From NCBI RefSeq assembly GCF_964204645.1, contig NC_134029.1, positions 15,990,950-16,054,949 of the forward strand: DNA of 64,000 nt. Reading direction: 5' to 3'. Numbering within the stretch: position 1 is the first letter of the stretch; the number at the start of each line of letters is the position of its first letter. The position numbers and the translations under genes are program-made. Shown here piece after piece: positions 13,782 to 26,402 of this stretch. The stretch comes from Tubulanus polymorphus. Its lineage: Eukaryota > Animalia > Nemertea. The notes below the pieces were generated by a model. It saw nothing but the letters and a program-made list of their open reading frames with translations. It ran no database searches and was not told where the DNA came from.

Positions 13782-14492
13782 TTAAAACTTCTTCTTCAAA
13801 ATAGTACAAAATTTACACTCCACCTTGCTTCCTACCGGATAAACTAAGACAAATTCCCCCCCCCCCCCAAACATCTCGCCAACGTGCCTGTGTTCGATCA
13901 TTTTCTTTCTCGGGTCCGACGTCACATCTACTGGTATTAACGGAATTGTCCATGGCTTAGCATCTCGCTCTGACGTTTTTGGTCGCAACTTTTCTGTTGG
14001 AATAAATTTCTGCGGACTGTTGAAAGGACTTAGGCTCGGCGTCACTACGGTCGTTTCTTCTTTCCAGTTTCCGGTAATTTCTAATAGTTCCTCGATTGAT
14101 ACTTCAGGTACTTCAATTATAGGTTCTGACTGTGTTTTCGTTTCCATCGGAACTTTCTGTACTACTGAACAAGGAATTGCAGGTAATAATTCTCTCTCAC
14201 ACCGTTCCGTTTGCTCTACTGTTCGTATAAATCGGCTTGAATGCCCTTTGACTGCATTCAAATCTTTCGGATGACTTTTCTCTACATGTTCCTTCATCAG
14301 GCTCACTCGATGCGAATTGAATACGCACAGCGTGCACTGAAATAATCGGGTATCGGATATACCAACGTTCTCTTTTCTCGACGCTTTATTTCTGCAGTTC
14401 CTTAGATGCTTTCGTTTATTCGTGCCTTCCGATAATGATCGCAAGCAGTATGAACATTTCCACAGTCTCTCGAACGTAGGAGCCATTTTCAT
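13782..14492 (-). CDS. Extra Gypsy ORF3 with two C2H2/C2HC zinc fingers (236 aa)
   Basis: WKCSYCLRSLSEGTNKRKHLRNC and FQCTLCVFNSHRVSLMKEHVEKSH; open ORF between the pol stop and the PPT. Confidence 0.75.
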   Translation of the reverse strand: MKMAPTFERLWKCSYCLRSLSEGTNKRKHLRNCRNKASRKENVGISDTRLFQCTLCVFNSHRVSLMKEHVEKSHPKDLNAVKGHSSRFIRTVEQTERCERELLPAIPCSVVQKVPMETKTQSEPIIEVPEVSIEELLEITGNWKEETTVVTPSLSPFNSPQKFIPTEKLRPKTSERDAKPWTIPLIPVDVTSDPRKKMIEHRHVGEMFGGGGEFVLVYPVGSKVECKFCTILKKKF

Positions 14493-14516
14493 TAAGCTAA
14501 AAAAAAATATAAATTA

Positions 14517-17500
14517 TCACATCTCAGTTATCCACCGGCGTGGCTTTCGTACTACCCGGCCCCCTCTCGTTGTCTGTTCGCTTGAGGTCACGAACTCTTC
14601 ATCTTGGACCGTATATTCTTCATTATTCTCGCTATCTTTAGTTGCCATATATGGCTTTAATCTGTTAAAATGTACTGTCTTTTCTACCCCTTCATCTGGT
14701 AATTGTATTCTATAAACTACATCATTTACTTCCCCCTTCACTATACAGGGTCCTATCCACCTATTCGATAATTTCTTCGATCGACCTTGTGGAACCATCG
14801 GCGTGAATAACCACACTAAATCATTGATTAAATATTTACTACTCTTCGTTTTGATATCGTAATTTTTCTTATTTCTTGTAGCTTTACGCCCGGTGTGAAC
14901 ACGTACTTCCTTGAATGCCTGTTCCAGACATTTACTCAAAGAATTGATGTACGCGGTATAAGATTTCTCTACATGAGAAGACGGTCCACCCACAGTTACA
15001 TCATTCGGCAAATCTACCTCGCTACCAAGCATCAAGTGATTAGGAGAATAACCCGTAACGTCATGTTTTGTGGCTCTGTACGCCATGGTTACATAAGGTA
15101 AGCATTCATCCCAAATCCTCTTGATCGTCCTGTATTGTCATTGCTAAACAATTTAGTAGGGTTCTATTGAATCGTTCAACCAATCCATCAGACTGTGGGT
15201 GATACGCGCAAGTTCTCATCTTCTTTATCTCCAATAATACACATAATTCTTTCATCAATCTAGATTGAAAGTTAGCACCTTGATCCGTATGAATTATTCT
15301 TGGCACCCCAAACCTCGATATAAATTCTTCAACTAATTTACACGGTACAGTTTCTGCGCTCTGATCTGGTAAAGCATAAGCTTCTACCCATTTCGTAAAA
15401 TAATCGCAAACTACTAAAATATAGGTCATTCCATTGCGTGAAGTCGGTAATGGACCCAAAATATCCATGGCTATTCTTTCCATTGGAAGACCCACTCTGT
15501 ATAACTGTAGGCTAGCTTTTGGTTTCACTGCTGGTGTCTTTCGAGCACCACATACAAAACAACACAAGCAGTGCATTCTTACATCTTGCCGGATGTGATG
15601 CCAATAAAAACGGCCGTGCACTCCTGTTAAAGTTTTACGAATCCCTAGATGTGCCGCAGTTATAGAGTTATGTAAACTGTGTAAAACTTCTTCTCTATAA
15701 TCTTTCGGTAATAATAGTAAAATGGATTCACTAAATCCTTCTCTCTGTTTACAGATATATAAAACATCATCTATAATCTTTAACTGTTGCCACCGAGCCC
15801 AATAAAACTTAGCATCTTCGCCTAATTCGCTCACATCAGACCATTCTGGTTTGCTATTGCTTTCTATATACGGAAATATCCACTTGAACTCCGGATCATT
15901 ACGTTGAGCTTGTGAGATATTCATAGATAGCCAATGGCCCTCTGGAGCGAATTGACTATACGTATATCGAGTTTCTGTTATATCTTGTTCCGATACTAAG
16001 TTATTTATATTACTCTCTCTCATTTCATTACAGGTACCCTCGTTCTTTCTTGTTATACGATCACATTGTATGCATTCTTGTCTGGATAATGCATCGGCAT
16101 TACCATGATTCTTGCCGGGCCTATGGATGATCTCAAAATCGTAAGTGCTTAATACGGATATCCACCTCGCTATCTGTCCCTCTGGTTCTTTAAATGACAT
16201 TAACCACTTTAAAGAAGCATGATCTGTTCTTAAAGTGAAACGCTTGCCCATCAAATAGTATTTAAAATGTTTAATGTACGATACTACAGCCAGCAATTCC
16301 CGTCTCGTTACACAATAATTTCTTTCAGGCTTGGCTAACGTACGACTTGCGTATGCTATCACTCTTTCTTTTCCATCCTGAATTTGCGACAAAACTGCTC
16401 CTATACCAGTATTGCTAGCATCTGTGTCTAGTATAAAAGATATGTTCGGGTCTGGATATGCCAATATAGGGGCTGTCGTTAATAATTCTTTGATCTTTGT
16501 AAAAGCCACGTCACACTCAGGTGACCACTTAAATTCTTTGCCTTTTTCTGTAAGCGTATATAAGGGTTTAGCTATTGAAGCGAACCCTTTACAAAACGAA
16601 CGATAATAGGAGGCTAATCCCATAAAAGAACGCACTCCCGACGGAGTTACTGGCTGAGGCCATTCTTTGATTGCTTTAACTTTCGCTTCTGTACAAGCAA
16701 TGCCTTGGTCTGACACTACATGCCCTAAAAATTCAATACTACTTTTGAAAAAATGACATTTCTTAGGCTTGAGTTTTAACCCCGCGGCTCGAAGGCGCTC
16801 CAAAACTTTCTCTAAATTCATCAAAGTTGATTCGAAATCTTTGCCAAATATAATGACATCATCTAGATAAACTAGGACTATGTCGTTCAATAAGCCTTCC
16901 AGTACTCTCTCCATAAGTCTCTCAAAAGTAGGACCACTATTTTTGAGACCCATAGGCATTTTTCTTAATTGATATAAACCTTGCGGTACTACAAAAGCAG
17001 TCTTTTCTTTGTCTTTAGGCGATACCGGAACTTGCCAGTAACCTGCCTGAAGATCGGCTCCACAGAAATACTTGGCTCCCGATAAAGACCTTATCGTATC
17101 ATCAATTCGAGGTAATGGATAGGAGTCTGATACTGTACATTCGTTCAAAGCCCGATAGTCTAGGCAAAATCTAAGGTTACCATCTTTTTTAGTCACCAAT
17201 ACTATTGGACTGCTCCATGGTGACTGACTATTCTCGATCACTTTAGAATCCATCATATCTTTCAAAAGTTTATCTAATTCTACTTGTTTCGCTAATGGTA
17301 AACGCCGAAATCGTTGTTTGATAGGCGGCGTTGAACCTGTATCTATAGTATGGTAAACTCCTTTCGCTTCCCCTAAATCCGTATCTGATTTCGCAAATAC
17401 ATCCGCGTATTTCACAATTGAATTTCGCACTTTTCTAGCTTGTTCCGGGCTCAAACCATCGCAACTACGCTTAATTAAGTCTTCTAGATATTCTAAGGAT

Positions 17501-18378
17501 TCTTTACTCTCTACTTGATTAACTTGATCTGATTTACCACTTGCCTCTTCTCGTGACCATATAGCTCTTACCCTTGATATTTTAGCCATAGAGGTATTTT
17601 TATACAATACTCTCGGCTGATCGCCTAAATTTACGATTCTAACTAATATCTGTGATTTTTCCGTGTCCACTACACTACGTGCTACACACATTTCAGGGCC
17701 TAACTTCCAATTGTGGTTCGATTCCACCATCGCCCACTTGCCTAAGTACTGTTTATCTTTCTCGTCGATATAGCCCGGCACCGTTATTTCAGATAAAGGC
17801 GGGACCTTAATTCTGTCTGTTGATCTAATTAATATTGCGTTCTCGTGAATAGGCGCTATTGGCTCCTCATGCATTTGATGACCTTGACAAGTCACCGTAC
17901 GCTGTTTTAAATGGATATGACAATCATATGCTGTCAGAAAATCCATTCCGAGAATTGCATCTTCTTTAATTTCGGCCACTATCACTTCCCAAGGTATATT
18001 TTTACCAAATAAGCCTAAGGGAATGACCGCTGTACCTCTCACTCTAATACTACTATGATCAGCTGCATAGAGTCGTATAGTTGATTGTTCTAATTTTATC
18101 TTGTGATTCTTTATAATTTCAGTATACAAACGATTACTGATGATTGTGTTATGAGCACCGGTATCTACCAGATACTTCACAGACACTCCGTGTACTACTG
18201 CCGAAAAATAAATCGCCGATTGTGATTTATCATTTTTGGACAGTACGTATACTTTAGAATCATCTTTCTTTTGTCTATTTTCAATCTCTAAATTCTTTGG
18301 GAGACTTGATTTATTTACTCTAGCCGAACCTACTCCCTTTTGAACGGCGCGGGAGAGTTTAAAGGCTGCTGTGTACAT
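14517..18378 (-). CDS. pol: Gypsy Pol (protease, RT, RNase H, integrase) with one frameshift near 15110
   Basis: LVDTGA; YLDD; TDAS...RRELLA...TDH; HHCC and DDE integrase (MDILGP, TDQG, VERFNR); overlaps gag at a TTTAAAC slippery-type site. Confidence 0.95.
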
Positions 18379-19376
18379 TGTCTTGCTATATGACCTTTCT
18401 GCTGGCAGTTATAACAAACTACGTTATTACTTGTTCTATATGGTGTTGACTGAGATTTATAATTATTTCTGCGACTATTGCACATACGTCGCACATCCTC
18501 TCTTAAACTCGCCATTTCTTTCTTAAGCTCAGAAACCTCATCTGAAACTATTGCTTGTCTTACATATGTTTCTCTTGGAAATCTATCATTCGATGATTCC
18601 ATCATATATATACTTTCTAAACGTAACGCGTATGAGATTAATTCATCAAAACTCTTTACATCTGATTGCCATAATCTCATTCTCATTTCACCATCGGACA
18701 ATGCTTCGATGAAATGCGTTCTGGCTAGCTTGTCTCTTTGCACCAAAGAGAATTCAGGATATGCTTGAGCACACAGAATTGTTACTGCTTGTCCCAATTC
18801 TTTTTAACTTTCGTGTCTCTTGCGTTTTCGATTGCGCAGTTCGGCCAGATGAACTTCCGCGAAATCCCCTGGACCAAATCTTGCGTCTAAAATCTTACAA
18901 ATTTCTTGATACTCTAATCTTTCCGTGTTAACCAGCTTAGTACAAACTAGTTGCCTAGCCGCGCCTCGTAATGAAGCGAATAAGAAGTCGGCTTTAACAT
19001 CGTTTGACCAGTGATTAAGTCTTGCTACTGTTTCAAACCCTAATCTGTAATCTTGCCATGATCCGTCACCTGAATAATTTTCTGGTTTTATCTTACAGAT
19101 CACGTTTGGTTCTACATTACGGGAACTGGAAGAACTTGTTCTACCTACATCCGCCGAACCACTACTTTGAGACCACGTTCCATCTTGACTCTCGCCAGAG
19201 AACGTTTGGCCTGTCGGATTACTAGTCATACTAGACCGATACGACGCGGACTTGCTAACAGGACCTACATCACCTTGAACTATTATAGACGTCTCGTTAT
19301 TCACAAGACCGTCTGGACTTGATAAATCTTCCGAACTTTTACTACGCATAATTCGAGCGCGCGATGCACGAGTCAC
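18330..19376 (-). CDS. gag: Gypsy Gag with one in-frame TAA at 18804-18806
   Basis: The two track ORFs share a frame; KPENYSG...W capsid-like motif; CCHC knuckle CYNCQQKGHIARQC. Confidence 0.9.
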
Positions 19377-19599
19377 AGGATAACTCTTTTTTTTTTGCTG
19401 ACTTGTACGACTTCGAATCTGTATAAAATACGAAGTCTAAATTGTATGTCCTTGTTTAAAACTTAACTACATATACTACTTAATGCAAAACTTATCGACT
19501 CAGGGAACAGGTCAGAATCTACTTAAATATGTATCTGTTATGTTGCGAGGCTATATGAAAAAAATTATTATCTCTCAATCTGGAATCTCAAAAAGAATC

Positions 19600-19617
19600 A
19601 TCCCACTTCTGACACCA
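19600..19617 (-). promoter_or_regulatory. Primer binding site, tRNA-Leu
   Basis: TGGTGTCAGAAGTGGGAT next to the 5' LTR, complementary to the tRNA-Leu 3' end ATCCCACTTCTGACACCA. Confidence 0.88.
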
Positions 19618-19619
19618 AT

Positions 19620-21213
19620 TGTAGCGGAAAACGGGGGCAACACGGTGCTACCCTCTCTCTTCTAATATGGCGGTCATTCTTCTGCTCATCAATTTGCTGC
19701 TCCAATCGTCATTCATCTAATATGTCAGGAGGTCTTGAAGGTAAAATCTAAAGTCTTCCAAGCCCGCTACGGAGTTCGCTTACGTCGAATGATTTCTGGT
19801 AGTGAAACCAAAAAGGGAAATAATATTTCACCGCAAGAGATGATCCTCATGAAAAACCGAGAGAGATAAATCTATAAAACAGCCACGATTTGAAAATTAT
19901 AGTCTGCTATGTTAAGATCGTGCATACCGAGCACGAATAGCCTATTTTCCGGTATACGGTTATCCTCAGCAACATGTATCTTACATGCCCGTAAGGCCCA
20001 CAGCATATAATTGAGTTGGCCACCCCAAATTATACCTGGATCTACCCTACATTCGACCGGTCTATAGAATAATCCCGTAACCCTCACTTCATACTAATGG
20101 CAGTCCAAAATCCTACCATAGATTCTCCCACCTATGGGCTGTAGGCTCAAAGTCCCTACTAAATAGTCCTCTGCTATTCGTCTCCACCATTTCAATCTTG
20201 TCAAAAAGCTGATATCATAAATAATTTTTCCTCAGTCCTTATTAAGGTTCTGACCATTCTCAATAGATAAGTCTGAAGCCGCATATAAAATACTGAATCT
20301 AATTATTAATTTATTAAAGTCATACTTTCTTATTATAATTCAAAGTGAATAAATATTAGGTTAATTCTACTATATAACTTATTCTTTTCTTCATCGAATC
20401 TACCGTCTAAGTATCTCGTAAAAGAACAAAAACCTATTACGTAAACGTATTATCATATAATTCGAATCGACAATCAAATCACGCAAATACGGTTCGAATA
20501 GTAAATTAATGGAAGTTCAGACAAATCCAAGCTGTCAATCACAATCATCGTTGAAAACGATAAAAAGGAGACGGCCGGCCTGACTGACTTATTAATTATC
20601 AATAGTGAACCGATTACATGAATGTCGGTCAGCCCGGTCAAAGACCGGAGCTGACCGACGAATCAACTGATGCTTACCAAGTCTGGCTGTCAACTGCCAA
20701 ACTGAAATGATGGGAGTCAATACGACCGGTAAAACAGTTAATATCGTTAACTAATGATAATCGGTTGACCCCAGCATCTCAGCATGACAACGGGCAGCTC
20801 AGCCTGGTAACCCCACCCCGCTAGCCCAACAACTGACATGACAACCGACACACCAGCTGATAGCGCCGCCACTCGCGTGCCACGGACACTACCAGCATGA
20901 TTTAAATTTACGGATACTTAGCCGGTTAAAAATACACATTTTAAGTAAGTGATCCCACCCCCTATACAACATATCAATACACAATATCTATATACAGTAT
21001 ACATCTTAAATTCAACAAAAGTAAATAGAGTAACATCTAACAAACCTATCCCGCCCCCCTCTAAATATTATTCCATTCAATTCAATTCAATACATTTGAA
21101 TAAATACATACAATTGCACAGACGCTACAATATCAATACACGAAAATTCTACATATTATTCAATTCAATTCGATTTAATACATTTTAATAAATACGATTG
21201 CACAAACGCTACA
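19620..21213 (-). repeat. Gypsy 5' LTR
   Basis: Direct repeat of 12124-13716, followed by the PBS on the minus strand. Confidence 0.96.
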
Positions 21214-22392
21214 AATGAACAATGCATTCTATGGTAAGACTTGTGAAAATATTAGAAATAGAAATGATATTGAGTTAGTTAGTAATGGTAAAAGAATTAG
21301 ACATTTACAAACATACCCTAAATTTATAGGTAACAGAATATTTGATGAAAATTTAGCTGCAGTTAAAATGAGAAGAACTTCTATGAAATTTAATAAACCA
21401 ATTTATGTTTGAGCATCAGTTTTAGAAATATCAAAATTACTAATGTATGAATTTTATTATAACGTATTACAACCTCATTTTGGAGAAAAACATATAGAAA
21501 TCTTATATCTAGATACGGATGCGTACATATTAAAGATAAAAACTAATAATCTAGCAAATGATTTAAAAACATTAAAACATCATTTTGATTTCAGTAATTA
21601 TCCTAAAGATCATGAATTGTTTAGCAATGATAATAAAAAAGTTCCTGGTAAATTCAAAGATGAATTAGGTGGTGAAGAAATGATAGAGTTCATTGGTATT
21701 AGATCTAAAATGTATTCATATAAAACTACTATGAAATTTAATAAACCAATTTATGTTTGAGCATCAGTTTTAGAAATATCAAAATTACTAATGTATGAAT
21801 TTTATTATAACGTATTACAACTCATTTTGGAGAAAAACATATAGAAATCTTATATCTAGATACGGATGCGTACATATTAAAGATAAAAACTAATAATCTA
21901 GCAAATGATTTAAAAACATTAAAACATCATTTTGATTTCAGTAATTATCCTAAAGATCATGAATTGTTTAGCAATGATAATAAAAAAGTTCCTGGTAAAT
22001 TCAAAGATGAATTAGGTGGTGAAGAAATGATAGAGTTCATTGGTATTAGATCTAAAATGTATTCATATAAAACTAAAGAACATGAAGCTAAAAAGTTAAA
22101 AGGAATTACCAAAAGTGTAGTAGAAAAGAATATTCATTTCAAAGATTACATCAATTGTATATTCAATGAAGAAGTTAGAAAACATAAGATGAGATGTTTA
22201 AGATCAGAAGATCACGAGATGTTTATTGAAGAAATTGAAAAGGTTAGTTTGAATCCATTTGAGGATAAAAGATATATTTTAGATGATGGTACACACACAG
22301 TCGCGTATGGTTGCAATTTAGATGAATATCTAAAGTTCAAAAGAGAAGAAACAAAAGAGAAGGAAATAATGAACAGGATTATAACGTGTTAA
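21214..22392 (+). pseudogene. polB: Protein-primed DNA polymerase B, 3' part, with a 348-bp tandem duplication
   Basis: MNNAFYGKT (motif B), YLDTDA (motif C), GKFKDE, RSKMYSY, KLKGI; 21381-21728 is repeated at 21729-22075. Confidence 0.93.
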
Positions 22393-22420
22393 TCAATTTT
22401 AATACAAATATGTATTATAA

Positions 22421-22774
22421 ATGGAGAGTAAACAAGCACACAGTGAGAACAACAAATTATTTCTAGACAGAATAAAAAATACTTGAAATGCCAAATCACT
22501 AGATTATAAATTTAAGAAGTTAAAAGAATTAACAATCCATAAGAAATATCTAATTACAAATATTGTTACAGTTACTAACAAATATGGAGATAAATTAGTT
22601 ATACACTTAGAATATGAAGGATTAAAAGGAAATACACCTAAATTCAGAACATATTTACCAGATAAATTTCATAGATTATCAAGTGAAGATTTAGAAGAAT
22701 CATGTTCAGGCGATTTCTATTTCGTATAAAAAGGTAAGAATGAAAAAGGCCACCATGAAATAGATTTCGAATAA
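22421..22774 (+). pseudogene. Small Polinton protein after PolB (possibly OB-fold/ssDNA-binding), disrupted
   Basis: ATAAATG start; reads KLKELTIHKKYLITNIVTVTNKYGDKLVIHL...YLPDKF; contains stops. Function is a guess. Confidence 0.4.
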
Positions 22775-22788
22775 AATATGTAAAATAA

Positions 22789-23544
22789 ATGGTAGAATTA
22801 AAAGAATATAGAATACATGTTGATTCTAGAAAACTTACAAATTATAAATCTCATAATTTACTAGTACAATTAGTTAGAGAATTTAAGAATTGTGTTGATT
22901 TAAAATTAGTAAATGTAAGTTTATGTAACTCATTTTACAATATATCGGATAAAACTATTGATCATAGACTGTTTATGATTCATGTTAGAAATATAAATAA
23001 ATGGTTTCATCTATTTTTAAAACCAGGATTATATAATTTAGAAACATTAACTCAAGAAATTAACAGAAGAGCACGATTAAAACTTAGAAGTGAAGATAAA
23101 TTTTCAATTAGATTTATAAAAAGAGATAGTTCTGATAAAATTAAAATAAAGTTAGATGATACCAAACACGCATTTTTAGTAAAAAAACCAATAGCTAAAA
23201 TGTTAGGAATTAAACCAGATACTGTTACAGGAAACGTAGACGGTAATTCAAATATAATACCTTACGCGTATTTTTATATTTATTGCAATTCAATTGATGC
23301 TACAAACAATTTCGAAGCAACTAAAGATATAACTTATAATTCTAGTATGTTAAATATTATACCATTACAAAATGTTAAAGAATTTGGAACACAAATTAAT
23401 TATAATTTAGCGGAATGTGATTTTAAACCTTGTATTTCACGATTTAACAATTTTAAATTAGAAATAAGAAATCATAATGGTTATTTAATTGATTTGAATA
23501 ACTTTCCTATAATTTATGAATTAATTATAAGATGTAAAGAGTAA
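22789..23544 (+). CDS. Putative minor capsid (penton) protein, 251 aa, intact
   Basis: IHVDS...LVNVSLCNSFYNI...PGLYNLETL...YIYCNSI...IIP...LEIRNHNGYLIDLN pattern typical of polinton/virophage single jelly-roll pentons. Confidence 0.75.
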   Translation: MVELKEYRIHVDSRKLTNYKSHNLLVQLVREFKNCVDLKLVNVSLCNSFYNISDKTIDHRLFMIHVRNINKWFHLFLKPGLYNLETLTQEINRRARLKLRSEDKFSIRFIKRDSSDKIKIKLDDTKHAFLVKKPIAKMLGIKPDTVTGNVDGNSNIIPYAYFYIYCNSIDATNNFEATKDITYNSSMLNIIPLQNVKEFGTQINYNLAECDFKPCISRFNNFKLEIRNHNGYLIDLNNFPIIYELIIRCKE

Positions 23545-23560
23545 TTTTTTCACTATATAA

Positions 23561-25030
23561 ATGAATATAACTGTTGGATCGAGTATATGTTTTGGATTTG
23601 ATTTTAAACATGAGAAAGAAATGAAATTTAACATTACTGATGTAATAACACATATTGAAAATATTGCATTTTCTAATGAAACAACATTTGAGTATGAAAA
23701 AACAATAGATAAAGAAACTTTAAATGTAGAAAAGATTACTAATTTAATTAGAGAATCTTTAAGATTTTAAGAATTAGATGAAGATTTTATCATTGATGAT
23801 ATTAAAAGAATAATAACTGAAATATATGAAAATGAAACTTGTAATGAAATAAAAGTTGAATTAATCATAAATAAGATAACTAAATATTTTTTTTATAAAT
23901 AAATTAGTGATAATTATGGATAATAACTGTTTTATATAATGGCGCATTATTATCAGTTGGAACTGTTGGTTATTCAGTGGTATTAAAAAAAGTATTTAAA
24001 ATGGGAAGTGTTAATGTTGATAGATTTGATATAAATGATATTTTAAAATTAACGTTAGCAGTTACTTTATCTAATTTAACTATTGATTATTTGGAAAAAC
24101 AAAAATATATTCCTCCTATATAAATGCGTAATTATTTTACTAAATAAATGGCTTCTGCAATTATAACTATTTTAGGCTCAGCAATTGTTAACGCTTTAGC
24201 ATTTACTGGTGGTGGTTATTTATTTAAGCATATTGATAAAAATGGATCATTATCAGAACAAAAAAGACATAATTTAGCATGAGAAAAATACAATAAGCAG
24301 CAGAAGAATACAAATAAAAGAGGCAAAACTATATGGATTACATCAATAAAGAATTATATGATCAGAAGATTTCTCATAGAGATTTTCAATCAGTCGATGA
24401 TGCAATGAGTTTATATAACGCGGTAACCAATAAAGAAAAATTACATCTATATAAACCTAAATTATCAGATTATTATACCCCAAGTAAAGAACAACAGAAA
24501 TGTGAAATAATATGGATTTTAGGCGGAACAGTTATTGTTATATTTGAAGCGTATAGATTTACTAATTAGTAATTTTTTTTGCTAAATAAATGGATGATAA
24601 AGTTGATAATATTGATATTATTCTACATGATATAAATAAAACTAAATTAAAAATATATTTAGCAAAACGAATATTAGAATTTGAAAATGATTTAAAAGTT
24701 AAAAAGAAAAACTATTTAAAAAGTAAAATTATATATCATTTTATTATCAGGGGTTCAGTTACAATTAGTTCTGTAATAACATTTTTAGCAATATTCAACC
24801 CATTATTAACACCTTTAGCTATATCAATTGGCGTGTTAGGATTAAGTCCAAGTGTTTTAACCGGTATAAGTTCAAAATTAAATATAAAAAGTAATAAAGA
24901 AAAAATTAAAACTAATATAAAAGAAATTAAATAAATTGAAGAATACACTAGATTATATAATAAGATATAAATGGTCATATAACAGTTGAAGAACACGATA
25001 AATTATTAAAAGAATTAGTTAATTATTAAT
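23561..25030 (+). pseudogene. Cluster of four small viral ORFs, three hydrophobic (23561; ~23917; 24148 MASAIITILGSAIVNALAFTGG; 24590)
   Basis: Mostly TAAATG starts; predicted TM or amphipathic helices; stops and frameshifts. Confidence 0.55.
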
Positions 25031-25045
25031 TTTTTAATTATATAA

Positions 25046-26386
25046 ATGGGGTTTCCAAAAGCTTTCCTAATTAATAAATCAATTAAATATAATTTTCCTG
25101 CTATAGATTTAAAAAAAAATATTACATATAAAAATTTAGTTTTAAATTCATTAACTAATTTAGAAATTTATGTTACTGAAACTAATAAATTAAAATTATT
25201 AATGTTTACGTAATTAATTTTAAAAATTTTAATGAGGCAAAACAATGATTATTAAAATCTAATATGAAGTATTGACAGAACCAATTAAATTTTGCTGTTT
25301 ATTGCGCAAAAACAGGATGTGGAATTAGTTGGAATGATCATTTAAATAAACCAAGTTTACCATTGATGTTATCTCTTTTTAGATTTCATACATATTTTCA
25401 AATAAAATTAATATTAGATGAATTAGAATGTCCTTTATCAGGTTCAAAATATTTTAAAGAATTGAATAACAATATTAATTTTTCTAAGTTTTATAAAATA
25501 TGTAATGAATTTAATATCAATTCAAATAATGATTTTAGAGCAAAAGTTGGAACAATGGGTGGATTAAGAATATTATATACTAAAGAATTTGGAAAAATAA
25601 TGACAAATACAGATTTAAGAACACTAAATTGGAATGAATTACCAAAATATTATAATAATATACAACAATAAAACAATAATGGTTGGATTAATTTTATTTT
25701 AGAAAATAGTGAAGGTTTTACTAAAGCTGTTTTACTAAAGAATACAAAGAATAAATCAATCTATTAGAACTTATTTGATATGTATTTTAGGTGCGCAAGT
25801 TGAAACAAGATCACCAATAGTTGGAAATGATAGTACTTCATTTGATGCGCAGAAACAATTTAAAGTATTATTTGAAGATTCCATTCATAATGATAAAAAT
25901 AGATCGATTCCAGAGAACATTGTAAGATATCAAAATTATTTAGATAAATCACATATTATATTAAATTATTGTATAGGCCCTAATCTATTAATTATTTCTA
26001 ATGATTTAGTATTAAAGATGGGAAATATAATTGGTTATAATAATCTAATTAAAACTGCAACAATAAATAATTCATTTGGATTAAATGATATAAATAAAAA
26101 GATTATTACTGCTCCAAAATTAATGGAAGGTGAAAAAAATAAAAAACATATTCAATCAACTGAAACTAAAACTAATAATATTAAATTGGATAATGATTCC
26201 AAAATAAAAGATTATAATACATCAGCAAATGGTGCCTTACGGCACCCACACGGTGATATTAAAACTGATATTATTCAACATGATATAATTAAACTAAATG
26301 ATGATAATAAATCCCATGAAAATGCTAAATTAGCTATAACTTGTATAGGAATTGTAATCGGAGGAATATTATATTTTAAATTTTAA
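25046..26386 (+). pseudogene. Conserved hypothetical Polinton protein, copy B
   Basis: Fragments 25363-25671 and 25775-26386 are homologous to 8393-9400; C-terminal TM segment. Confidence 0.7.
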
Positions 26387-26402
26387 TTTTTTTATTATGT
26401 AA

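Larger units (their letters stand above)
12124..21213 (-). mobile_element. Full-length Ty3/Gypsy LTR retrotransposon (9.09 kb)
   Basis: Two ~1.59-kb LTRs with TGTAGCG...CGCTACA ends; 4-bp TSD AATG (12120-12123 and 21214-21217); PBS; PPT; gag then PR-RT-RH-IN. Confidence 0.97.
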
